Source: Utricularia gibba | Taxonomy: Eukaryota; Plantae; Magnoliophyta | DNA length: 17,509 bases | Direction: 5' to 3' | Assembly (NCBI GenBank): GCA_002189035.1 | Contig: NEEC01000074.1 | Span: 1 to 17,509 of the forward strand | In this document: positions 1 to 10,589 of the stretch, one piece after another | How the letters are laid out: each line of letters begins with the position of its first letter | Numbering within the stretch: the stretch's first letter is position 1 | Notes under the pieces: generated by a model | What the model was told of the DNA's origin: nothing | Database searches by the model: none | Seen by the model: the letters and a program-made list of their open reading frames with translations, nothing else | Translations under genes and position numbers: made by a program

Positions 1-720
1 TTCCAAAACATGCAGATGCTAACTCTTCATAGCACACCATTGGGAAGCCCTATTCGTGCTCCAAGTAGTATAATTTGGAGTTTCGTTTGTCCCATAACTG
101 GACATATTAAAAAAACAAACCACAACGAAAAGTGTCTTACGTGTCCTTCCTTGGTGGCTGCGTTTAATAATGTGCTTCTCGTTCTCGAAATTGATGCAAA
201 AGATACACGGCAAAAGAATCAAATAGCCACTAGAGACATGGTGTAAGGGAATGGTGCATCAAGAATCAGAAGTATCATGGCAACTAATTGAATCAATCAA
301 CAGCCAAAACATATGTGTCAAACTTCATCGGATATGCGATCAAGATGGAAAAAAGTCACATGTTACATCATGAATTTCGTGGCATCACTTATCCCAACAC
401 TATTATACTCCAGGTACGCAAAAATGTTTACTTTTAACGAATCCAGTGCACGTGTGATTTTTAGGCTGCACCCCGAATGGTGATGCGCAATGAAATGACT
501 AGGTCGCACATCCTGGTCCACGAAGCACCTCTTCCAAAACATGCAGATCCTAACTCTTCATAGCACACCATTGGGAAGCCCGATTCGAGCTCCAAGTAGT
601 ATAATTTGGAGTTTCGTTTGTCCGATAACTGTGGACATATTAAAAACAAACCACAACGAAAAGTGTCTTACGTGTCCTTCCTTGGTGGCTGCGTTTAATA
701 TTGTGCTTCTCGTTCTCGAA

Positions 721-760
721 ATTGATGCAAGCAAGATACACGGAAAAAGAATCAAATGGC
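721..760 (+). repeat. Haplotype C marker (GCAAGCAAGATACACGGAAAAAG), also at 14579-14601
   Basis: The same two linked substitutions (unit 191 A>G and unit 204 C>A) occur at 731/744 and again at 14583/14596. Confidence 0.8.
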
Positions 761-1072
761 CACTAGAGACATGGTGTAGGGAATGGTGCATCAAGAATCA
801 GAAGTATCATGGCAACTAATTGAATCAATCAACAGCCAAAACATATTGTGTCAAACTTCATCGGATATGCGATCAAGATGGAAAAAAGTCACATGTTACA
901 TCATGAATTTCGTGGCATCACTATCCCAACACTATTATACTCCAGGTACGCAAAAATGTTTACTTTTAACGAATCCAGTGCACGTGTGATTTTTCGGCTG
1001 CACCCCGAATGGTGATGCGCAATGAAATGACTAGGTCGCACATCCTGGTCCACGAAGCACCTCTTCCAAAAC

Positions 1073-1606
1073 ATGCAGATGCTAACTCTTCATAGCACAC
1101 CATTGGGAAGCCCTATTCGAGCTCCAAGTAGTATAATTTGGAGTTTCGTTTGTCCCATAACTGTGGACATATTAAAAACAAACCACAACGAAAAGTGTCT
1201 TACGTGTCCTTCCTTGGTGGCTGCGTTTAATAATGTGCTTCTCGTTCTCGAAATTGATGCAAATGGGATACACGGCAAAAGAATCAAATAGCCACTAGAG
1301 ACATGGTGTAAGGGAATGGTGCATCAAGAATCAGAAGTATCATAGCAACTAATTGCATCAATCAACAGCCAAAACATATGGTGTCAAACTTCATCGGATA
1401 TGCGATCAAGATGGAAAAAAGTCACATGTTACATCATGAATTTCGTGGCATCACTTATCCCAACACTATTATACACCAGGTACGCAAAAATGTTTACTTT
1501 TAACGAATCCAGTGCACGTGTGATTTTTAGGCTGCACCCCGAATGGTGATGCGCAATGAAATGACTATGTCGCACATCCTGGTCCACGAAGCACCTCTTC
1601 CAAAAC
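1073..1606 (+). repeat. Variant monomer, haplotype B (linked substitutions), shared in part with the copies at 10 and 8000
   Basis: It carries GATGCT (vs GATCCT), CCCTATTCG (vs CCCGATTCG), GTCCCATAAC (vs GTCCGATAAC), TAATAATG (vs TAATATTG), GTGTAAGGG (vs GTGTATGGG), ATCATAGC (vs ATCATGGC), TTGCATC (vs TTGAATC) and TACACCAGG (vs TACTCCAGG). The first five alleles recur in the copy at 10. The copy at 8000 shares CCCTAT, TAATAATG, ATCATAGC and TTGCATC. Confidence 0.85.
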
Positions 1607-2140
1607 ATGCAGATCCTAACTCTTCATAGCACACCATTGGGAAGCCCGATTCGAGCTCCAAGTAGTATAATTTGGAGTTTCGTTTGTCCGATAACTGTGG
1701 ACATATTAAAAACAAACCACAACGAAAAGTGTCTTACGTGTCCTTCCTTGGTGGCTGCGTTTAATATTGTGCTTCTCGTTCTCGAAATTGATGCAAACAA
1801 GATACACGGCAAAAGAATCAAATAGCCACTAGAGACATGGTGTATGGGAATGGTGCATCAAGAATCAGAAGTATCATGGCAACTAATTGAATCAATCAAC
1901 AGCCAAAACATATGGTGTCAAACTTCATCGGATATGCGATCAAGATGGAAAAAAGTCACATGTTACATCATGAATTTCGTGGCATCACTTATCCCAACAC
2001 TATTATACTCCAGGTACGCAAAAATGTTTACTTTTAACGAATCCAGTGCACGTGTGATTTTTAGGCTGCACCCCGAATGGTGATGCGCAATGAAATGACT
2101 AGGTCGCACATCCTGGTCCACGAAGCACCTCTTCCAAAAC

Positions 2141-2617
2141 ATGCAGATCCTAACTCTTCATAGCACACCATTGGGAAGCCCGATTCGAGCTCCAAGTAGT
2201 ATAATTTGGAGTTTCGTTTGTCCGATAACTGTGGACATATTAAAAACAAACCACAACGAAAAGTGTCTTACGTGTCCTTCCTTGGTGGCTGCGTTTAATA
2301 TTGTGCTTCTCGTTCTCGAAATTGATGCAAACAAGATACACGGCAAAAGAATCAAATAGCCACTAGAGACATGGTGTATGGGAATGGTGCATCAAGAATC
2401 AGAAGTATCATGGCAACTAATTGAATCAATCAACAGCCAAAACATATGGTGTCAAACTTCATCGGATATGCGATCAAGATGGAAAAAAGTCACATGTTAC
2501 ATCATGAATTTCGTGGCATCACTTATCCCAACACTATTATACTCCAGGTACGCAAAAATGTTTACTTTTAACGAATCCAGTGCACGTGTGATTTTTAGGC
2601 TGCACCCCGAATGGTGA
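2141..2617 (+). other. Two short in-frame ORFs (72 aa and 79 aa) repeated in most copies; not called as genes
   Basis: ORFs 2141-2359 and 2378-2617 lie in the same frame. I recognise no protein family, there is no convincing ribosome-binding site, and both are broken in many copies. Confidence 0.15.
2190..2237. other. Two adjacent short hairpins present in each intact monomer
   Basis: CTCCAA-GTAGTATAAT-TTGGAG (2190-2211, 6-bp stem, 10-nt loop) and TGTCC-GATAACTGT-GGACA (2219-2237, 5-bp stem). Both are read directly from the sequence. No function is implied. Confidence 0.6.
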
Positions 2618-2714
2618 TGCGCAATGAAATGACTAGGTCGCACATCCTGGTCCACGAAGCACCTCTTCCAAAACATGCAGATCCTAACTCTTCATAGCAC
2701 ACCATTGGGAAGCC
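2598..2714. other. Imperfect inverted repeat spanning each monomer junction as defined here
   Basis: GGCT (2598-2601) pairs with AGCC (2711-2714). CCCGAATGGTGATGC (2606-2620) pairs with GCACACCATTGGG (2697-2709), giving 13 bp with two single-base bulges. ATGAA (2624-2628) pairs with TTCAT (2691-2695). TAGG (2634-2637) pairs with CCTA (2683-2686). The helices are nested. Confidence 0.7.
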
Positions 2715-5700
2715 CGATTCGAGCTCCAAGTAGTATAATTTGGAGTTTCGTTTGTCCGATAACTGTGGACATATTAAAAACAAACCACAACGAAAAGTGT
2801 CTTACGTGTCCTTCCTTGGTGGCTGCGTTTAATATTGTGCTTCTCGTTCTCGAAATTGATGCAAACAAGATACACGGCAAAAGAATCAAATAGCCACTAG
2901 AGACATGGTGTATGGGAATGGTGCATCAAGAATCAGAAGTATCATGGCAACTAATTGAATCAATCAACAGCCAAAACATATGGTGTCAAACTTCATCGGA
3001 TATGCGATCAAGATGGAAAAAAGTCACATGTTACATCATGAATTTCGTGGCATCACTTATCCCAACACTATTATACTCCAGGTACGCAAAAATGTTTACT
3101 TTTAACGAATCCAGTGCACGTGTGATTTTTAGGCTGCACCCCGAATGGTGATGCGCAATGAAATGACTAGGTCGCACATCCTGGTCCACGAAGCACCTCT
3201 TCCAAAACATGCAGATCCTAACTCTTCATAGCACACCATTGGGAAGCCCGATTCGAGCTCCAAGTAGTATAATTTGGAGTTTCGTTTGTCCGATAACTGT
3301 GGACATATTAAAAACAAACCACAACGAAAAGTGTCTTACGTGTCCTTCCTTGGTGGCTGCGTTTAATATTGTGCTTCTCGTTCTCGAAATTGATGCAAAA
3401 GATACACGGCAAAAGAATCAAATAGCCACTAGAGACATGGTGTAAGGGAATGGTGCATCAAGAATCAGAAGTATCATGCAACTAATTGAATCAATCAACA
3501 GCCAAAACATATGGTGTCAAACTTCATCGGATATGCGATCAAGATGGAAAAAAGTCACATGTTACATCATGAATTTCGTGGCATCACTTATCCCAACACT
3601 ATTATACTCCAGGTACGCAAAAATGTTTACTTTTAACGAATCCAGTGCACGTGTGATTTTTAGGCTGCACCCCGAATGGTGATGCGCAATGAAATGACTA
3701 GGTCGCACATCCTGGTCCACGAAGCACCTCTTCCAAAACATGCAGATCCTAACTCTTCATAGCACACCATTGGGAAGCCCGATTCGAGCTCCAAGTAGTA
3801 TAATTTGGAGTTTCGTTTGTCCGATAACTGTGGACATATTAAAAACAAACCACAACGAAAAGTGTCTTACGTGTCCTTCCTTGGTGGCTGCGTTTAATAT
3901 TGTGCTTCTCGTTCTCGAAATTGATGCAAACAAGATACACGGCAAAAGAATCAAATAGCCACTAGAGACATGGTGTATGGGAATGGTGCATCAAGAATCA
4001 GAAGTATCATGGCAACTAATTGAATCAATCAACAGCCAAAACATATGGTGTCAAACTTCATCGGATATGCGATCAAGATGGAAAAAAGTCACATGTTACA
4101 TCATGAATTTCGTGGCATCACTTATCCCAACACTATTATACTCCAGGTACGCAAAAATGTTTACTTTTAACGAATCCAGTGCACGTGTGATTTTTAGGCT
4201 GCACCCCGAATGGTGATGCGCAATGAAATGACTAGGTCGCACATCCTGGTCCACGAAGCACCTCTTCCAAAACATGCAGATCCTAACTCTTCATAGCACA
4301 CCATTGGGAAGCCCGATTCGAGCTCCAAGTAGTATAATTTGGAGTTTCGTTTGTCCGATAACTGTGGACATATTAAAAACAAACCACAACGAAAAGTGTC
4401 TTACGTGTCCTTCCTTGGTGGCTGCGTTTAATATTGTGCTTCTCGTTCTCGAAATTGATGCAAACAAGATACACGGCAAAAGAATCAAATAGCCACTAGA
4501 GACATGGTGTATGGGAATGGTGCATCAAGAATCAGAAGTATCATGGCAACTAATTGAATCAATCAACAGCCAAAACATATGGTGTCAAACTTCATCGGAT
4601 ATGCGATCAAGATGGAAAAAAGTCACATGTTACATCATGAATTTCGTGGCATCACTTATCCCAACACTATTATACTCCAGGTACGCAAAAATGTTTACTT
4701 TTAACGAATCCAGTGCACGTGTGATTTTTAGGCTGCACCCCGAATGGTGATGCGCAATGAAATGACTAGGTCGCACATCCTGGTCCACGAAGCACCTCTT
4801 CCAAAACATGCAGATCCTAACTCTTCATAGCACACCATTGGGAAGCCCGATTCGAGCTCCAAGTAGTATAATTTGGAGTTTCGTTTGTCCGATAACTGTG
4901 GACATATTAAAAACAAACCACAACGAAAAGTGTCTTACGTGTCCTTCCTTGGTGGCTGCGTTTAATATTGTGCTTCTCGTTCTCGAAATTGATGCAAACA
5001 AGATACACGGCAAAAGAATCAAATAGCCACTAGAGACATGGTGTATGGGAATGGTGCATCAAGAATCAGAAGTATCATGCAACTAATTGATCAATCAACA
5101 GCCAAAACATATGGTGTCAAACTTCATCGGATATGCGATCAAGATGGAAAAAAGTCACATGTTACATCATGAATTTCGTGGCATCACTTATCCCAACACT
5201 ATTATACTCCAGGTACGCAAAAATGTTTACTTTTAACGAATCCAGTGCACGTGTGATTTTTAGGCTGCACCCCGAATGGTGATGCGCAATGAAATGACTA
5301 GGTCGCACATCCTGGTCCACGAAGCACCTCTTCCAAAACATGCAGATCCTAACTCTTCATAGCACACCATTGGGAAGCCCGATTCGAGCTCCAAGTAGTA
5401 TAATTTGGAGTTTCGTTTGTCCGATAACTGTGGACATATTAAAAACAAACCACAACGAAAAGTGTCTTACGTGTCCTTCCTTGGTGGCTGCGTTTAATAT
5501 TGTGCTTCTCGTTCTCGAAATTGATGCAAACAAGATACACGGCAAAAGAATCAAATAGCCACTAGAGACATGGTGTATGGGAATGGTGCATCAAGAATCA
5601 GAAGTATCATGGCAACTAATTGAATCAATCAACAGCCAAAACATATGGTGTCAAACTTCATCGGATATGCGATCAAGATGGAAAAAAGTCACATGTTACA

Positions 5701-8700
5701 TCATGAATTTCGTGGCATCACTTATCCCAACACTATTATACTCCAGGTACGCAAAAATGTTTACTTTTAACGAATCCAGTGCACGTGTGATTTTTAGGCT
5801 GCACCCCGAATGGTGATGCGCAATGAAATGACTAGGTCGCACATCCTGGTCCACGAAGCACCTCTTCCAAAACATGCAGATCCTAACTCTTCATAGCACA
5901 CCATTGGGAAGCCCGATTCGAGCTCCAAGTAGTATAATTTGGAGTTTCGTTTGTCCGATAACTGTGGACATATTAAAAACAAACCACAACGAAAAGTGTC
6001 TTACGTGTCCTTCCTTGGTGGCTGCGTTTAATATTGTGCTTCTCGTTCTCGAAATTGATGCAAACAAGATACACGGCAAAAGAATCAAATAGCCACTAGA
6101 GACATGGTGTATGGGAATGGTGCATCAAGAATCAGAAGTATCATGCAACTAATTGATCAATCAACAGCCAAAACATATGGTGTCAAACTTCATCGGATAT
6201 GCGATCAAGATGGAAAAAAGTCACATGTTACATCATGAATTTCGTGGCATCACTTATCCCAACACTATTATACACCAGGTACGCAAAAATGTTTACTTTT
6301 AACGAATCCAGTGCACGTGTGATTTTTAGGCTGCACCCCGAATGGTGATGCGCAATGAAATGACTAGGTCGCACATCCTGGTCCACGAAGCACCTCTTCC
6401 AAAACATGCAGATCCTAACTCTTCATAGCACACCATTGGGAAGCCCGATTCGAGCTCCAAGTAGTATAATTTGGAGTTTCGTTTGTCCGATAACTGTGGA
6501 CATATTAAAAACAAACCACAACGAAAAGTGTCTTACGTGTCCTTCCTTGGTGGCTGCGTTTAATATTGTGCTTCTCGTTCTCGAAATTGATGCAAACAAG
6601 ATACACGGCAAAAGAATCAAATAGCCACTAGAGACATGGTGTATGGGAATGGTGCATCAAGAATCAGAAGTATCATGCAACTAATTGATCAATCAACAGC
6701 CAAAACATATGGTGTCAAACTTCATCGGATATGCGATCAAGATGGAAAAAAGTCACATGTTACATCATGAATTTCGTGGCATCACTTATCCCAACACTAT
6801 TATACTCCAGGTACGCAAAAATGTTTACTTTTAACGAATCCAGTGCACGTGTGATTTTTAGGCTGCACCCCGAATGGTGATGCGCAATGAAATGACTAGG
6901 TCGCACATCCTGGTCCACGAAGCACCTCTTCCAAAACATGCAGATCCTAACTCTTCATAGCACACCATTGGGAAGCCCGATTCGAGCTCCAAGTAGTATA
7001 ATTTGGAGTTTCGTTTGTCCGATAACTGTGGACATATTAAAAACAAACCACAACGAAAAGTGTCTTACGTGTCCTTCCTTGGTGGCTGCGTTTAATATTG
7101 TGCTTCTCGTTCTCGAAATTGATGCAAAAGATACACGGCAAAAGAATCAAATAGCCACTAGAGACATGGTGTATGGGAATGGTGCATCAAGAATCAGAAG
7201 TATCATGCAACTAATTGATCAATCAACAGCCAAAACATATGGTGTCAAACTTCATCGGATATGCGATCAAGATGGAAAAAAGTCACATGTTACATCATGA
7301 ATTTCGTGGCATCACTTATCCCAACACTATTATACTCCAGGTACGCAAAAATGTTTACTTTTAACGAATCCAGTGCACGTGTGATTTTTAGGCTGCACCC
7401 CGAATGGTGATGCGCAATGAAATGACTAGGTCGCACATCCTGGTCCACGAAGCACCTCTTCCAAAACATGCAGATCCTAACTCTTCATAGCACACCATTG
7501 GGAAGCCCGATTCGAGCTCCAAGTAGTATAATTTGGAGTTTCGTTTGTCCGATAACTGTGGACATATTAAAAACAAACCACAACGAAAAGTGTCTTACGT
7601 GTCCTTCCTTGGTGGCTGCGTTTAATATTGTGCTTCTCGTTCTCGAAATTGATGCAAACAAGATACACGGCAAAAGAATCAAATAGCCACTAGAGACATG
7701 GTGTATGGGAATGGTGCATCAAGAATCAGAAGTATCATGCAACTAATTGATCAATCAACAGCCAAAACATATGGTGTCAAACTTCATCGGATATGCGATC
7801 AAGATGGAAAAAAGTCACATGTTACATCATGAATTTCGTGGCATCACTTATCCCAACACTATTATACTCCAGGTACGCAAAAATGTTTACTTTTAACGAA
7901 TCCAGTGCACGTGTGATTTTTAGGCTGCACCCCGAATGGTGATGCGCAATGAAATGACTAGGTCGCACATCCTGGTCCACGAAGCACCTCTTCCAAAACA
8001 TGCAGATCTAACTCTTCATAGCACACCATTGGGAAGCCCTATAAGTAGTATAATTTGGAGTTTCGTTTGTCCATAACTGTGGACATATTAAAAACAAACC
8101 ACAACGAAAAGTGTCTTACGTGTCCTTCCTTGGTGGCTGCGTTTAATAATGTGCTTCTCGTTCTCGAAATTGATGCAAATGATACACGGCAAAAGAATCA
8201 AATAACCACTAGAGACATCATCAAGAATCAGAAGTATCATAGCAACTAATTGCATCAATCAACAGCCAAAACATATGGTGTCAAACTTCATCGGATATGC
8301 GATCAAGATGGAAAAAAGTCACATGTTACATCATGAATTTCGTGGCATCACTTATCCCAACACTATTATACTACGCAAAGAATCCAGTGCACGTGTGATT
8401 TTTAGGCTGCACCCCGAATGGTGATGCGCAATGAAATGACTAGTCGCACATCCTGGTCCACGAAGCACCTCTTCCAAAACATGCAGATCCTAACTCTTCA
8501 TAGCACACCATTGGGAAGCCCGATTCGAGCTCCAAGTAGTATAATTTGGAGTTTCGTTTGTCCGATAACTGTGGACATATTAAAAACAAACCACAACGAA
8601 AAGTGTCTTACGTGTCCTTCCTTGGTGGCTGCGTTTAATATTGTGCTTCTCGTTCTCGAAATTGATGCAAAGATACACGGCAAAAGAATCAAATAGCCAC

Positions 8701-10589
8701 TAGAGACATGGTGTATGGGAATGGTGCATCAAGAATCAGAAGTATCATGGCAACTAATTGAATCAATCAACAGCCAAAACATATGGTGTCAAACTTCATC
8801 GGATATGCGATCAAGATGGAAAAAAGTCACATGTTACATCATGAATTTCGTGGCATCACTTATCCCAACACTATTATACTCCAGGTACGCAAAAATGTTT
8901 ACTTTTAACGAATCCAGTGCACGTGTGATTTTTAGGCTGCACCCCGAATGGTGATGCGCAATGAAATGACTAGGTCGCACATCCTGGTCCACGAAGCACC
9001 TCTTCCAAAACATGCAGATCCTAACTCTTCATAGCACACCATTGGGAAGCCCGATTCGAGCTCCAAGTAGTATAATTTGGAGTTTCGTTTGTCCGATAAC
9101 TGTGGACATATTAAAAACAAACCACAACGAAAAGTGTCTTACGTGTCCTTCCTTGGTGGCTGCGTTTAATATGTGCTTCTCGTTCTCGAAATTGATGCAA
9201 AAGATACACGGCAAAAGAATCAAATAGCCACTAGAGACATGGTGTATGGGAATGGTGCATCAAGAATCAGAAGTATCATGCAACTAATTGCATCAATCAA
9301 CAGCCAAAACATATGCAAACTTCATCGGATATGCGATCAAGATGGAAAAAAGTCACATGTTACATCATGAATTTCGTGGCATCACTTATCCCAACACTAT
9401 TATACTCCAGGTACGCAAAAATGTTTACTTTTAACGAATCCAGTGCACGTGTGATTTTTAGGCTGCACCCCGAATGGTGATGCGCAATGAAATGACTAGG
9501 TCGCACATCCTGGTCCACGAAGCACCTCTTCCAAAACATGCAGATCCTAACTCTTCATAGCACACCATTGGGAAGCCCGATTCGAGCTCCAAGTAGTATA
9601 ATTTGGAGTTTCGTTTGTCCGATAACTGTGGACATATTAAAAACAAACCACAACGAAAAGTGTCTTACGTGTCCTTCCTTGGTGGCTGCGTTTAATATTG
9701 TGCTTCTCGTTCTCGAAATTGATGCAAACAAGATACACGGCAAAAGAATCAAATAGCCACTAGAGACATGGTGTAGGGAATGGTGCATCAAGAATCAGAA
9801 GTATCATGCAACTAATTGAATCAATCAACAGCCAAAACATATGGTGTCAAACTTCATCGGATATGCGATCAAGATGGAAAAAAGTCACATGTTACATCAT
9901 GAATTTCGTGGCATCACTTATCCCAACACTATTATACTCAGGTATGTTTACTTTTAACGAATCCAGTGCACGTGTGATTTTTAGGCTGCACCCCGAATGG
10001 TGATGCGCAATGAAATGACTAGGTCGCACATCCTGGTCCACGAAGCACCTCTTCCAAAACATGCAGATCCTAACTCTTCATAGCACACCATTGGGAAGCC
10101 CGATTCGAGCTCCAAGTAGTATAATTTGGAGTTTCGTTTGTCCGATAACTGTGGACATATTAAAAACAAACCACAACGAAAAGTGTCTTACGTGTCCTTC
10201 CTTGGTGGCTGCGTTTAATATTGTGCTTCTCGTTCTCGAAATTGATGCAAAAGATACACGGCAAAAGAATCAAATAGCCACTAGAGACATGGTGTATGGG
10301 AATGGTGCATCAAGAATCAGAAGTATCATGCAACTAATTGCATCAATCAACAGCCAAAACATATGGTGTCAAACTTCATCGGATATGCGATCAAGATGGA
10401 AAAAAGTCACATGTTACATCATGAATTTCGTGGCATCACTTATCCCAACACTATTATACTCCAGGTACGCAAAATGTTTACTTTTAACGAATCCAGTGCA
10501 CGTGTGATTTTTAGGCTGCACCCCGAATGGTGATGCGCAATGAAATGACTAGTCGCACATCCTGGTCCACGAAGCACCTCTTCCAAAAC

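Larger units (their letters stand above)
2141..2674 (+). repeat. Reference consensus monomer (534 bp, 221 G+C = 41%)
   Basis: By eye it is identical to the copies starting at 1607, 2675, 3740, 4274, 5340 and 12808. G+C was counted by hand. Unit positions quoted elsewhere are relative to 2141 = position 1. Confidence 0.95.

Noticed and set aside
2200-2205. Bacterial sigma70 -10 box TATAAT
   Set aside because: There is no TTGACA-like -35 element at 16-18 bp spacing (that position reads AGCCCG), and no credible downstream gene.
2368-2380. Kinetoplast minicircle CSB-3 (GGGGTTGGTGTA)
   Set aside because: Only TGGTGTA matches, and CSB-1 and CSB-2 are not seen upstream.
2455-2480. Hammerhead ribozyme on the minus strand (CCGATGA)
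   Set aside because: The canonical CTGANGA core is absent from both strands, and no GAAA follows a stem II at a suitable distance.
2580-2590. Overlapping palindromes GTGCAC and CACGTG (G-box/E-box) as a regulatory site
   Set aside because: Six-base palindromes are expected by chance in 534 bp, and there is no gene context.
2530-2620. HDV-like ribozyme suggested by CGAATGG
   Set aside because: There is no P1/P3/L3 arrangement or P1.1 pairing upstream. The would-be P2 is mismatched in the consensus.
2141-2674. 534 = 3 x 178 as a trimer of an Arabidopsis CEN178-sized subunit
   Set aside because: Comparing the three 178-bp thirds by eye shows no alignable similarity, and I do not recognise CEN178 sequence.
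2141-2674. 5S rDNA tandem unit (ATGCGATCA, AGTAGTA, TGGGAAG and TGCACCCC resemble plant 5S pieces)
   Set aside because: The fragments are 7-9 nt, out of 5S order and spread over more than 250 bp, with no contiguous 120-nt gene.
2141-2674. Assignment to a named ~500-570 bp plant satellite such as Phaseolus khipu (528 bp)
   Set aside because: The similarity is in length only. I cannot verify sequence identity without a database search, so no family or host is assigned.
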